Shown: positions 1-14,531, counted from the first letter of the stretch. The stretch is DNA of 64,000 bases from Octopus vulgaris (GCA_951406725.2 OX597831.1:18290001-18354000); one strand, 5' to 3'. The notes: generated by a model from the letters alone, not told the origin. A program made the numbers and translations.

Positions 1-35
1 TTCATGTGCACTCCGAAAATTTGTTCACTCCGAAA

Positions 36-150
36 ATTTCAAAGGCAAAGTCGACCTCGGCGGAACTTGAACTGAGGATGTTGCGTCAGACAGAATATCA
101 CTAATTATTACCAATTAGGCATGCTAACGATTCTGATAGCTTGCCGCCTT
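36..150 (-). mobile_element. tRNA-derived SINE fragment (same family as 40850-41230)
   Basis: Reverse complement matches the head aaggcggc..gctggcagaatcgttagc and the core gtcgactttgcctttca of the copy at 40850. Confidence 0.6.
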
Positions 151-255
151 GACCGATGATTCATAGAAAATCACAAATGGTAAAATTCATGTATGCATTT
201 CATCAAACTACTTTCTGTATATATGAATGAAGTTTCACTTATATTCTCTTTACAG

Positions 256-315
256 ATGAATTTCCATCCTGTTTTCTGTCTTGCTCTTGTGGGTGCACTC
301 TTAATGCATGTCTGA
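256..315 (+). CDS. Terminal exon (exon 5) of an upstream 6-Cys GPI-like family member (gene A); the rest lies 5' of the window
   Basis: Acceptor ctctttacag| then MNFHPVFCLALVGALLMHV* (60 nt), stop overlapping AATAAA (TGAATAAA); homologous to exons at 14472, 28391 and 46839. Confidence 0.8.
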   Translation: MNFHPVFCLALVGALLMHV

Positions 316-821
316 ATAAAGAGCCTTAGACAATAAAGATCTGACTATCATAATTTGTTTTTACAATTGATTCTCTAAAGCTGTATTTCTAATATATGCC
401 ATGAATTTTGATAGAATTGAACAACCAAAGATATAATTATTTGTGTGTGTGTGTGTACCTGTGCCTGTGTAGATGTGTTTGCGTGTGAACGCCACAATTT
501 CTGAAAACTACCAATAACAACGACATGGAATTCTTTTGAAAATAATACATTGAATACGAATAGTATCCACAGGCACTTTATTTGACATTGTTCTTAGCTC
601 ACACACCTGTCGAAATGAGTTTCGACGTCAAATGATTTAAGACGTATCGGTCTTTACCTTATCCTGAGATACCGAGTGAAGGCTGGTATGCATGGGCAAA
701 ATTTCCCAGGTTTGTACCTCGAAGGGAAACATTTTAACTGTATACTATGATGATTCATACGCGAATGGGCCTTGGACTCTTGATATACAAACAAACATTC
801 ATATATATATATATATATATT

Positions 822-2275
822 GGTTGGCATCCTTTCTGTTCCCGGCGACAATGGATTTGCGCATAAAGTAGTCTAGTCCGGCTTTTATATTTCATGTGCT
901 GATACATTTCCTGCTGTGGCTGTGTAGTCCTATCCTGGACAAACACTCCCTCTGGCAGGTACCGCAAATGTAGCGAAGACTGTTACTGGCTGGTTGTAAT
1001 GCCATAGTCTCTTGTTTACGTCTCTTCCTTTATTTCCAGTTCTCCTCTCTCTCTCTCTGTCATTCCTTTGTATTCCCTTTTTTACGGTACGTCGCCATTC
1101 TCCACGGTTGCCCGCAACTGCCTCCCAACCGCTAATATTGATGTTGCAGGCCTTCATGTCCCTTTTGCAAACATCCTTGTAACGTAAGATAGGTCTACCC
1201 ACAGACATAGTACCCCTAGCAAGCTCTCCGTAGAGTATGTCCTTGGGGATTCTGCCATCTTTCATACGGCTAACATGCCCAAGCCATCTCATACGTCTTT
1301 GTGTGAGGAGTGCAAACATGCTTGGTATTCCTGCTTGCCTGAGGACATCTTTGTTGGGGATATGATTCTGCCATTTGATGCGGAGGATTTTTCGGAGGCA
1401 GCGCAGGTGAAAGATGTTTAGGCGACGCTCTTGGAGTGTGCATAGCGTCCATATCTCACTTCCATACAGTAGAGTGCTGAGTACACATGCCTGGTAGATC
1501 TTCATTTTCGTGGTCTTGGTAAACTTATTGTTGTCCCAAGCCTGTTTGGAGAGTTGGGCCATCGCAGCAGCTGCCTTGCCAATGCGTATATTGAGCTCAG
1601 CGTCAAGGGATAGGTTTTAGGTGACGGTGGAGCCCAGATAGGTAAACTTCTCCACATCTTGTAATCTGTGGTCTCCAGTATGTATGTTTGGGATGTCCGA
1701 TGTAGCCTGGCCCATGATGTTGGTCTTCTTAAGGCTGATAGCGAAGCCAAAGTCGTTACATGCTTGCTCAAAACAGTTAATGAGCCTTTGGAGGGCTTCT
1801 TCTGTGTGTGTTACCCGAGCGGCATCATCAGCAAATAATATCTCCTTGATCAGGACGTTTCTGATTTTGGTCTTGGCACGCAGGCGCGAGAGATTGAACA
1901 GTTTCCCGTCACTTCTACTGTGCAGAAACACTCCATCATCTGATGTCTGAAAGGCATGTGAAAGTAAGAGCGAGAAGAAGATGCCAAACAATGTAGGAGC
2001 GAGGACACAACCTTGCTTTACCCCGTTTTTTATTTGGAAGGCGGCTGATGTTGAACCGTTGTTCTGTATGGTGCCTTGCATGTCATCATGGAAAGACTTG
2101 ATGATCCTCAGCAGCTTTGGTGGACATCCGATTTTTTGGAGCTGGATGAAGAGGCCTGTTCTGCTTACCGAGTCAAAAGCCTTTGTTAGATCAATGAAGG
2201 CCATATATAATGATATATTCTGCTCTCTGGACTTCTCCTGAAGTTGGCATATGGAGAATATCATATCGATAGTTG
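822..2275 (-). mobile_element. RTE-clade (BovB-like) LINE, 5'-truncated, frameshifted reverse transcriptase
   Basis: ORFs 1617..2264 and 930..1562: FIDLTKAFDSV, GVKQGCVLAPTLF, LFADDAA, FTYLGS, LLYGSEIW, RWLGHVSRMKDGRIPKDILYGEL. Confidence 0.93.
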
Positions 2276-2287
2276 ATATATATTAGA

Positions 2288-2450
<163 letters not shown>

Positions 2451-3002
2451 ACCAATCTATTCTCTGTCCCCTTTTTGTCACCAAGTTTGGGCCTCACAAA
2501 ATCTCAAAGTTTATTTCATTTGCTTTTTGGGTTCCAACTGTTTTGTCAAAGGCGTATCTTGTCATGAATCGCTCGAAATACGGAGTAGAAAAAGTAGCCG
2601 ACGACTGATGAAGGGTTGTTATTTATGTTGCTTGTCTTGTTTTCCATATGTTTCTTTCATTGTTCATGTTGTTTACGTTCTGTGATGATCTGTACCCATA
2701 TATGTATATGTATATATGTATGTACATATATCTATATATAGCATGAACGAACTCACTTCAAACTATATATTTATGAACTTTATGATGTCTGACACCGTTG
2801 TGTATTATAAATTAATTTCTTGTGATTGATAGCATGAACTATCTTTTTTTATATATAACTTCTTTTGATAAGGTTCATTTCAGGAACTGAAACATGTTAT
2901 AATATATATATAAAAATTAAAAATTGTATAATATAGCAGCATTTTCGAACTTCATTTTTTACAAATATATACCTACTCGTATACGAGCTAATCCTATTAT
3001 AA

Positions 3003-3034
<32 letters not shown>

Positions 3035-5161
3035 GCGGGGTGCAGGTTTCGCTATAGGCCACGGCGTACCTCTGTGGTAAGAAACCACATGGTTTCCGGA
3101 ATCTGTCCAACTGTGTGGTACCTTGGACAACTGTTTCCTACTATAGCCCCGGGCCGAACAAAACTTTGTGTGTAGATTTGTTAGACGGAAATGATGCCGT
3201 CGTATATATATATAAATATGTGAGTGTGTGTGTGTGTGTGTGTTTCTGTGTGTACCCCTCTCTGGCCGCTAGACAACCGATGATGTTTAAATCCTCGAAA
3301 CCTAACAGGCGACAGGGGAGACTGATGAAATTAGTTCTATGCTTTCAAAACAATAAATCCTGGGGTTGATTTCTTCGACTAAATGCGGGGCTTCAGCAAC
3401 GTCCCATACATAGGACGTGGCTAAATCCGCAAGCGTTTCCTTCTTTTGTTTCTCTCACTGATTCCTGGTGTTCTATTGAAAGAATAGGCTCGAGACGTAA
3501 AAGACTTTCTCGCCTCTCCCAACGTCAAACTAATAAAACTGTTTCTTATTTATACACATTTCTTCGTCATTTGACTTTCTGTAAATTTCAACTATATATA
3601 TAAATTTCAACTATATATATATATATATATATAAGATAATAAGTCGTACGGTAGCGTAAATCTCGTTCGCTGTCACTGTGTTAGTTGGGTACCAGTTTAA
3701 AGAGGAAGATGGATGTATTGATAAGTTTATTAATCCCCACAGCTGTTTCGACCTATATTCCAGCTATCCCTCACGTCCCGATTACTTAGGCACTGGTATA
3801 GTGTGTATCCTTCAGTGTAGCCTTGGCACCTAAGGTCATAACAATATGAGTCTCATTAAAATAATTAATGTCCCGCGAAGTAAGGGATACGGCTTCAATT
3901 TTTTATACAAGATTGTTATATATCAAATGCAAAAAAACATGAATACACAAGATGTATAGGTTGTTTGGTGCAAGAACACTCGTTCGTATATACATCCACG
4001 AACATACAATCATACGTACACGCGTAGTTTGATGCGCATTCTCTCAAACGGCGAATTAAATATCTACTTTGTGTTGACAAGAATGGGAAAACTAGATTTA
4101 AATTCAGTTCATGCATAACATGATGCAAATTATGATTACTTACTGGGTAAATATCTACTGAGATTCCTATTGCATTTTGCGAAAATGCATTTATAATCCT
4201 GTGATCATCTTAGGAGACTTCCAGATATTCTATTAGGGATCTAATTGCTCCACAGAATTGATACGGTTTCTTTGGAGCAGAGACTGTAACTCCTGGAAGG
4301 GATATTATATGGTTGCACGTGCCTTATTATGGAGCAATTTCGATCGTATATGTTTTGTTCCAAATAGAACTGTACACTAATCGTAGTCCTCGTGAGGAAT
4401 TTTAATAAATATAACGTCGGTAGCACGATGACCACATTTTCTTAGGAATGTAACTGCCTTCATAAACGCAAGCAGGATATATATACAAATTTATTGACAA
4501 AATATTCATAGATTAAAATATACCAGGAATAACCTGGAACAAACATATTCTAAATCTCTGCTACATATCAAATATGGAAACTGTCGATAGTGTGAAGGTA
4601 ACACCGATGCTTTTCTTGGAGTATTAATTAACTGAACTTACACTGTAAGGTCAATATGAAAATTGATACACATTGAGACGCACCAAAGAAATATCCAGGC
4701 GGAAGTTACACAAAAATATATGGGAATCGATCTAACAGGGCATCATTTAAACTAGCATACTAGCAACGGTATTAATTGCACAATCACTGTATTTGCTCAA
4801 GCTTTAGGCTCGAAACTGAGAGAATAAAACGACATATCAGTGTATATGTGTGGTTGTCTAATTTATCGAGCGCGTTCTCTATAAATTTAATGCATACGTA
4901 CATGTTAGGATTTCTTCATTATATGTTATATATTTTGAAGTTACATGTGTGCTTGGAGTGAATCTCACTCTCTCTATAGTAATATTTATTTATATTCTTT
5001 TTTGCAAACATACTACGGAGAAAAAATATCTCCTATACCATATGCACTCAAAATATTAAAATTTATTGCGCAACATATGTTACATTGCTTACATATTCAA
5101 ATCAGGGCCTCCAGAGGACTGTTGCATCATATTCCATTGAAATATAAGATACAAAACCGAG

Positions 5162-5410
5162 ATGAATCTTTCAGTGTTTTCGTTTGTCCTCTTGTTTGGT
5201 AAGTAACAATATCACAGTCATTTCCTTACTAAATTGCAGTGTATTTCGCTGAGCACCAGTCAGTCTTAATACCACGTGTTATTTAGTTTTATATTGTATA
5301 ATTCTATATTTGTTTACCAATTGAACTGTAATGTTTATATCACCGTTCTCTCTCTCTCTCCCCGTCGCTCTTTCTTTCTTTCGTTCTTTCTTTCTTTCTC
5401 TCTCTCTCTC

Positions 5411-5482
<72 letters not shown>

Positions 5483-6262
5483 TCTGTGAGTATGTGTCTG
5501 TCTATTTATATAGCAATTAAAAATCGAAAAGGTAAGATACATAAATGTGAAAAATAAGCACTTGCAATTGCTAGAAATGAGATCGAAAATAATATAACTC
5601 GAACATCCACACAAAATCCCCAACCTCATGGATTGGAGGCTGTAAGTCACGTCAACCAGCGGGATGAAACTCAGAGAATGGGGTAGCTTGATAAAACCTA
5701 TCACGTGATTTTGAAATTTAACCGATATGTTTCCGTTTCTCTTCAGGGGTTTCCCCAATTTGCTCTCGGTTAAAGAGGTAGCTAGTTTCTTATTTGCTCA
5801 CGATAGTAAAAAGCCGTTGAACATCGAGCGTTAAAATTTAAAACGGTTCAAGTGTACATGAATATACAATTAGATATTATGCTGAGACTCCAGTGTTTGA
5901 CTCGGGGGGCGGGGAAAGGGACTCGGAACATTCACATCGGGAACATTCACATCGGGAATGTTACGAGTCCTCTCACCACTTGCCCGTTTGTCGGCGATGT
6001 TTTTCCTTCATATTCGTTTACTACATGTTTTTCTATATCTATTGCAGTATTTTCTTTTTTTGATTATGCTCGGGCCAAACACGGACACACACATATATAT
6101 ATATATAGATATATACGACGGGCTTCTTTCAGTTTCCGTCTACCAAATCCACTCACAAGGTTTGGGTCAGGCTGAGGCTATAGTAGAAGACACTTGCCCA
6201 AGATGCCACGCAGTGGGACTGAACCCGGAACAATGCGGGAACCACACAACCACTCCTGCGCC

Positions 6263-6303
<41 letters not shown>

Positions 6304-6306
6304 ATA

Positions 6307-6359
<53 letters not shown>

Positions 6360-9300
6360 GTGTCTATATATATAATATATATATACTTTATTTAAAAGCA
6401 CCAGGAATATAACAACAGCCGTTACTCAGTTCCACGTCCCGTTCGTCGGAGTTTTTTTAACAAAAACAACTTATATTTGCAAATTTATTTTCGAAAAGAA
6501 TCTAGTTCGTATCTTTGTGGAATTGAGTTTCTATAAAATACTTTACACGTTTTACTCCATAATGTGATACGCGTTTCTCTTTTTATACATCCAAATTTCA
6601 GGGGCTGCTTTTTCAGGAAGTTGTCCTGAGATCTCACTAATTAAATGCAAGAACGAATTTAAAGTTTATCTAAGATCGGATCCCAGATGCGTGTATGTAT
6701 TATTGGGCCACTACTTTTTTTTTATTTATATGGAAATTATAAATATATTAAATATAATAGTTTTAGTATCAAATACAAAATATGTAAATGTTATTTTAAT
6801 TGTTTCAGTCATGTGATTGTGGCCATGCTAGAGCACTGCTCTTAGTCAAGCAAATCGACCTCAGTACTTATTCTATCGGTCTCTTTTGCCGAACCGCTAA
6901 GTTACGGGGACGTAAAAACACCAGCATCGGTTGTCAAGCGATGTTGGGGGCAAAAACACAGACACACAAACATATACACACACATAATACATACATATAT
7001 ATACACATATATGATGGGCTTCCTTCAGTGTCCGTCTACCAAATCCACTCACAAGGCTTTGGTCTGCCCGAAGCTATAGAAGAAGACACTTGCCCAAGGT
7101 GGCATGCAGCTGGACTGAATCCGGAACCATGTGGTTCGTAAGCAAGCTACTTAATATATAGCCACTCCAACGCCAATATTTTTACATGCAAAACGAGTGA
7201 TAGCAAAGGAGTTGGGTTTTCAGATGATGAGGTTTCAAGTATAATTGTATAGGTATTTAAATTAACAGAGTATAAGCAAGCGGGGAATTAAAATGCCTGA
7301 AGAAAGGTGTCCAACGGTAGTTTGTGTGGGCTCGGGGATCTATGATAATGTTGGTAGAGGTTGATGTTCATTACGGCCACAATATGTGACCGTAATCAAC
7401 ATTGGATTAGACGAGCATCCTTCATCAGGGTGGAGAGGATCTTACATTTTAGATCTTTATGTAGAATAGAGGGAGAGTTATTTTCCAAGCCCACATCATC
7501 CCACATTTACTTCCGTTGCCAATCCGATCACCCACACCATACAATTCGGTCAAATCCGAAAACCCAATGTTTGTGGATAAAACTGATTTACACGGACATC
7601 GGTGGAAACAAGCAAATGCCTTTGTGTACCATCATGGCAAACGCAGTTACAGTGTAACACGAAGGTGAAACATGCAGACTTTTCTACTTGGGGTACGCAA
7701 AAAGAGATTTCTATTTGGGGTACGAAACTCAACTTGGTTTATTTTGGTTGTACAAAAGAACATTTAAACAAAAGATTTCATGTGTACAGCTATGAAGTCA
7801 GGCACAATAAATGTAGTTCCCCAAAACTTGCCAAATATTTTGCTTCAAACAGGTGCAATTGTGAACAATACTTGAACGCGCATATTCTTAGAAAATATTC
7901 TGAATCCGCTTCACAGTCAATACTCAAAATGTAAGAGGACAAATATGTTTGCGGGTTATTAACATCATGCATTGTAGAATGAATAAAATGATAGGAGAAT
8001 ATTATGAAATTTTCACAAAACTGTTTTATTAAACATTCTTCTTTTTCCCTATTTATGCTTTCCTTATTTTTCTCTCCCTTTTCTCTGTGTTTTTGTTTCA
8101 GCCAGTTATCAGACTGAAACTGAAAGACTGATGATGTCCCTCCCTTAACGAGTGGACGCCGGTTGTTCTCGCTCATACTTTAGATTTGTAGTTCTAAAAT
8201 TTAGAATTCTTATCATATTTGTGTTTATTTTGAATTCGATAAAAACAAGCTTGTTGTCGACAAATAATTAAAGCAATAGAATATCTATTGCACTCGCGTC
8301 ACAGTTTTCGTCTTGCCTGTTTAACTCTGTGAACAGTCAAGTGACTCCTTTTAAAATAATAATAAGAAGAAATAAAAGAGGAGGAGGAGGAGGGGAACAA
8401 CAACAACAAATTTACGAGATTCTGACAAAAATGTCTATAGTAATAAAAAGAGTAAACCAACTAATACTATATGCTATACTGCCCCATTTTCATATTGAAT
8501 TACTTCTAATAACCCTCGTAAATTTTTTACATCACTCATCAGGTATTTCCCACCTTTAAGCAAATATGGGAATTTGTTTAATAGAGATAATGTTAAGTTT
8601 ACGTACTAAATCACAAGAAATTTAGCTGAGATTATTGCAGCACAATAGAAACAGAGAATTAGAGAATATCGAAAATTTAAATCGATAAATAATTTTAGAA
8701 CTGATAATATGTCTAGGGAAATGAGTGCTGTTTGTGATGTAGAGAGTTGTTGTCACTGATGACAAAGCACGAACACTTTCTTTTCCAATGAACACTAAAT
8801 TACATTCCTACCAGGAGTTCGAATCAGATATTTCATTTCTTAAATGCTTTCCTTTGAGACAATACTTCAGTCGTAATTAAGACGTAAAACACTTTAACAT
8901 ATAGTCACATGTGAGGCACAATTTACATATGTAATAACCACTAGAATTTGATAATGTAGATTTGTTCAAAGTTGATTTGATTACATATAAATGTAAAGGT
9001 TTATCGAAATTCAGCATTTAATGTTATGTAAAATTCCAAAATTGATTTCTTTCAGGGCATACAAATTATTTTTGAAATGCTTGGAGAGAAATTCCCCAAT
9101 GTGTCATTCTAATTTTAAGCAACACCTCGTGTGCTGGGTAATATTTTTTTCCATATTATTAATAGTACCTATTTAAATCAAGTGAACTGATAATTAAAGA
9201 TATTTAGTTGAGAAATTCATGCGAATTTATATATAACGGATATTGGCTTTGTTCAAAATCTAAGACTGATTCTGGTTATGAAAGCTTTATTATTATTTCT

Positions 9301-10156
9301 ACAATTAGCGAAAACTCTACAATTTAATGTGGAAATATTTTGTTGAATTGCATCTGATACATTAAATATGATTTTGCGAATTGACTTTTATATTAACATC
9401 AGCATTGCTGAAAGGTTGAGATTGTATATCGGAAATCACAAGCTCGTGTTTTTGCACCGCGTGTTTCAGCTGGTTAGACAAGGTTGTGAATATGTATCAG
9501 TTGATACACTGTCATAACAGTGACACCTGCTACCAATTTTATAAAAAGATAACTGAAGCAAAAAAATGTAAATTTGAATTACAGATATTATGGCATATAT
9601 CCGAAAAGTGATCAATGGAAAAAGACATTGAACAACTAATTTTTATTGAAAATCCCAGATTTATTTTTCAGGCTACTAGAAGATACGTTATTATTATACA
9701 AATCTGTTGAATAGATTTTTGTATCATATGATTTAAATAATACCACAATGAGCGTAAATAATGGATAAAATTTGTTAGATTATCCAAAATTGATATCGCA
9801 TTGGATGAGAAAAAATAGAATGAAATGTATTGGATTCCGGAAACAGTTATTTTAAACGCCCCGCAAGTGGCGGATGAAATGCCTTTTTTATAATTGACAT
9901 TTTATTACGAGAAACGTATCTCAATAGGTAATTCTATGAAATTGCCTTCAATGTAGATATTCCAAAACTAGTTTTCTCACCGGCATTAATTTCAATATAT
10001 TTAAAATATTTACATTATTTACATTGGACGGATATGTGTCCTCATCTTCTATATAATTACTACAACATTTCGGCTGATATACTCTCAAGCCTTCATCAGG
10101 TGTCCTGGTGGAATTTTGAAACCAAACGTGGGTTTTCATTCTTGAGGTACTTTTGA

Positions 10157-10223
<67 letters not shown>

Positions 10224-10391
10224 TATTCAAAGCAATACCTGGAATTGAACTTGAAAAATTGGAGTTAGTAGCCCGCGCTCTTAACCAGTACGCTATGACC
10301 ACGGGCATATAGCATAGTAGTTAAGAGCACGAGCTACTAACGCCAAGATTCTGAGTTCAATTACAGCCAGAGCTTTGAATAAATAATAATG

Positions 10392-10467
<76 letters not shown>

Positions 10468-11199
10468 TAATAACAATAACAACAACAACATAAAAATACT
10501 TTAGGAATGAGAACACAGGGTTGGGTTCAAACATCAACCAGGACACCTGATAAAGGCTGGGGAGTAAATCAGCCGAAAAGTTGTGGTGACAACAAAGAAG
10601 ATGAGGACACAATCTAGACAATCTAAATAACGTACATAATTTGTCATCCTTAGAATTAAGAACATTCAATACAATTATATTACATGAACGGAATATTACA
10701 ATCTATATTTCTTATCATTTTCGTCAATGTTCGTCTCGAAATTGATTTAAAAACAAGGTTATTTAACATTTTAATTCATTTGTATTCATAGTTTTGCTAC
10801 ACAATAATCAATTAATTATACAATATAGAAAACGTTTAGGGAGAGGAAAATTATGTCTTGCTAAGTAGGAACGTTGTTATGAATTTAGATTCAATCCAGC
10901 TTCACTGCGTCGATTTATTTTCACATTTTCTTTGCATTGAACTTTCAGCCCTCAAGAAGAGGCTCCAGTAACCGAGAGAAGGTATATGATTTCGTTGCAA
11001 CACTTCCCAAAAACATTTTCACTAAATTATACAAATTCCTTTTAACGTTACACATAATAGTGCATAGTTATTATAGCCATACACAGAATATCATGGTAAC
11101 GTTGATATGTCAGAAAATTTCATATTTCTAAATAAATTCTTAATAACATTTGCATTGTGTAGACTAATACATTACACAATGTAACGATGCAATAGATCA

Positions 11200-11233
<34 letters not shown>

Positions 11234-12747
11234 GCAGATATACCCGGCATTGCTCGGGTTAAAGAGAATAATGAAATTTTAAAATACCCTCCAGATTACG
11301 CATTCCCAATTATTAGAAGCTGAGATACCAGCATTTTACATTAATAACTCTACAATCCATGTAATGCAAGCATGGAACATAGGCGTTAAGTGAAATGTTA
11401 AACGTAAGTTTTCAACTCATATATGTGTATAAAGTAAATACACATAATTCAAAAACACGTCTTGTGTAGTTTATGTCGTAACCCCAAAACAGGTACAGAT
11501 CTTAAACAAAGAAAGGCCGATTTTGGTGATTCTTTTGACATAGGAATTAGTGAGTCAATCGAATGATAAATTTGACTTTGAATCTTGAAAGTTTGCATGA
11601 ATCCTGCCGCAGTAAAATCTCTTGTGGCTCCGAATGGCGTCATATGCAGTGCAGCGTTGTATTGTCTGACTTCTTTTCGAAGTGCTTGGAATCTTGGTCA
11701 GTTGATGAAAAACATTTCTTCCATGGCTCTGGAGTTTGGGGGATTGCAGTGAGTTTAAACTTTACACCACTGCAACACCGTTCAGCTGTCTCTCTAGGAT
11801 GCTTCCTTGCTTTATAATGTATGCACTTATTTGGTATTGCACCAATGGGAACTGTAGAATCATCTGCATAACGAATTGATGGGACATAATTGAAACCTGC
11901 TTCGTAGAAGTTGCTACTCCGAGCTGTTGCAACCACTGTTCGTTCTGCAGTGGATATCCTATTCCTTGTCAGCTGTGCACACCTCCGTTCCTCACATTGA
12001 GATACTCTGGCTGTGGTAGTGAATGTTCTGTTCATTTCTTCGTATGCTTTATTTTCTGCAGTTGTCTCTCTTTCCCTGGACAGAGACGTTCTTTTGGCTG
12101 ACCTTGATATTGTGGACACATTTGACACTTTTCTTCTACGGATGGTTATACACTTATACAGAAATACACGAGTACAGAGGATAGCAAACAAAGAAAATAA
12201 CTATGTGATGGAAATTATGTTACTTGATATGACATGCAGAAATTTATTTTTAATATTTTTCTTAACATAAAGAATTGTACGGGTTGAAGCAAAGAGCCAG
12301 TATCGAAGGAACCAGAGAAAAAGCCGTTAACAGCAAATAAACACAAAACCATTGCAAAATTAAATAAAAAATTTATGGGGAAATTTAACGAAGTATAAGA
12401 ATTGAAATGAAATTTATGAAGTTATTTTTCTTAGTAAATTATGCATGAAATTACTTTCATCAGTAATTGTGAGCTTCTTTCTGTCAATAATTTGTCGCTG
12501 CTGTTTGTAAATAGCCAGTCAAATCTTACAATTACAACAATATTGATTCAGTTTAAAGTGAAAAGTAATAGGCGGTTTTCTGCTCCCAGGGGCCCTCGTA
12601 CGCATTATCTAAGACCATTATGAGTGTAAAAGCACCCGTGGAACGTCAGTAATGTATGTTTCCGGAAAATCAATTGACAAATACGGCTGTTATAATATAT
12701 TACACACACACATACACACAGGAAGGGATTTATATTACATATATGTA

Positions 12748-12820
<73 letters not shown>

Positions 12821-14531
12821 TTTATTTTTTTAAATGTTATCTAGTTTCAGCTCAAGAGCTGTGGCCATGCTGGGGCAACGCCCTTTGGTTTTGCTACATG
12901 ATTTTACTTCACGAATGCATTTTAGCAATTGCCATTTGGTGCATGAGAGAGTTCGATGCAGCTGCACTCATCTTCACCTCCTGACGTGCAGTTGGTTCAT
13001 CTGGGACACCTGACAGGAAAAGATCCAGTTTTATTTTAAAGACATCTGCATCCACCCCCATGCAGGTCTCTCAGGTTCTTCGGGAGGATATTGAAGAGCT
13101 GTGAGCCTCGGAAGCCCATGCTATCACAGTATCTTGTCCTACATCTTGATGGCAAATTTGGAGTCCTTAGCACCATGCAGTGGCGCCCAGTTCTAGCATT
13201 TGTGTAACTCTCGATGCCAAAATTTGGGACAAGTCCTTCTATGATCTTCCAGATATATATTATGGCATATCTGTCTCGCCTACGCTCTAAGGAATAGAGT
13301 CTAAATCTCTTGAGTCTTTTCCAGTAGCTTATATGCTGCACAGATGCTATCGTTTTCGTGTAACTTCATTGGATCGCCTCAAGTTCTGTGATTAACTTGA
13401 CACTGGATGGTGACCATAGCTGAGAGCAATAGTGAAAGTGGCTTAGGACAAGTGTCCTCCAGAGGACGATCATGGTTTCCTGGTCTCTTGTTCTAAAGGT
13501 TCTTAGAATCCATCCGGTCAGCCGCCTACATTTCATTGCCAATTTAGCAACATGCACATGAAAGGTTGCATCATCACTCCTGTACATACCTAGGTCTCGC
13601 ACTGATTGTGCCTCTGGGATTGCAATCCCGCCAGGCCCAGTGTATGTTTTGGGTATTGTACTTAGTTTTGCATGCTAATAGCATAAAGCTTGAAACTTTT
13701 CAGCATTGAACTGCATGCTATTCTTTTCAGCCCACTTGTATATTTTGTCCAGCTCACATTACAGGTGCTTAGTGTCTTCAGGGTTCTGTATACATACATA
13801 CATACATACATACATACATACATACATACATACATACATACATACATACATACATACATAATGTGCCTGCGTGTTTTGTTTGACTATATATGTAGACCAT
13901 GATTTCTGTAAGAAATTTCATATTACTGTGTTAACTTTGTTAATTAGTTTGTTAATATACCATCGGGCTGAATCAGAATATCGGACATTTATTGTCTTGG
14001 AAAGTAAGATCAAGCTCTATGGAAGCCGAGTTGAAGGTTTTTCCCTTAAAGTTGACAAATGACTTCAAAGGTTATTTCAAAGCAAATGGTTTTACGTTAT
14101 ATGGTTTACTTTTGCTTTCACCTACACGGAAGCCCACCTGTCGTATCTTGTTTAGTTGACAACAACAACATATCCATTCTGGACACCCTCTGTTTTTTTC
14201 GGTTCTTAGGAAATACAGTACTTTTGACAACAAACGATTCCTATTTCTAATTTATGTCTGTGAAAAACAACGAACGTGAATAGTTGAAAAGATCGATATT
14301 TCCCCAGTCTTATTGTGTTCTCTTCAGGTATTCTCCTAGAAATACCGCGCTCATCAATGTGCGAAACATTGACATCAGGACTGGGTGAAATATTGATCGT
14401 TTCAGTTCGAGTATGTATCTCGTCAATATACGTTCACTATATATGAATAATTTTTTGTTTTCTCTTTACAGATGAAATTTCGCCCAGTTTTCTTCGTTGC
14501 CATTGGAGTTACATTAATAATATTTTATTAA
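5162..14531 (+). CDS. Gene B: complete 5-exon gene for a 100 aa secreted, probably GPI-anchored 6-Cys protein
   Basis: Exons 5162-5198, 6602-6692, 9056-9137, 10949-10981, 14472-14531; all introns GT..AG, phases 1,2,0,0. Translation [100 protein letters not shown]; TAAATAAA at the stop. Confidence 0.88.
6075..6262 (-). mobile_element. tRNA-derived SINE fragment (further copies 6790-7170 and 60810-61210)
   Basis: Shared text cagtttccgtctaccaaatccactcacaagg...gaagacacttgcccaag..gccacgcagtgggactgaacc; the reverse complement contains a B-box-like ggttcagtccc. Confidence 0.7.
7460..7680 (+). mobile_element. Penelope-like element reverse transcriptase (thumb) fragment
   Basis: [41 protein letters not shown] fits the PLE motif KPT..xY...S.HP.H...SIP..Q..R...IC. 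Confidence 0.6.
10010..10635. repeat. Palindromic element: two head-to-head SINE-like copies (tRNA-like head, (AAT)n, hammerhead-like tail)
   Basis: 10010-10300 is an imperfect reverse complement of 10303-10635; A/B-box-like tagcatagtagttaagagc and gagttcaatt; ctgat(g/a)aaggctg...cagccgaaa in both arms. Confidence 0.75.
11229..12700 (-). mobile_element. Degenerate Helitron with a Rep-helicase N-terminal fragment, in intron 4 of gene B
   Basis: ORFs 11640..12191 and 11449..11643: [35 protein letters not shown], then MTPFGA...[14 protein letters not shown]; terminal hairpin tacccggcattgctcgggt at ~11241. Confidence 0.75.
12838..13788 (-). mobile_element. CR1/L2-like LINE 3' fragment (RT C-terminus)
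   Basis: RDLG..., [44 protein letters not shown]; its N-terminal end continues the RT at the end of the window (KWAEKN). Confidence 0.85.

Noticed and set aside
256-330. Cys-rich reading EFPSCFLSCSCGCTLNAC in an alternative frame of the terminal exon
   Set aside because: Not conserved in paralogous exons; the phase-0 hydrophobic frame is conserved, with the same stop position
5747-5780. cttcag|GG GTT TCC CCA ATT TGC as a candidate exon 2 of gene B
   Set aside because: Early stop and weak donor; the exon at 6602-6692 fits the family pattern exactly
7602-7934. 110 aa Cys-containing ORF ending at a gtaag donor-like site
   Set aside because: Overlaps the Penelope remnant, has no homologue in other paralogues and does not match the Cys spacing
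10303-10370. tRNA gene
   Set aside because: Only A/B-box-like remnants with no convincing cloverleaf; it is the head of a SINE-like repeat
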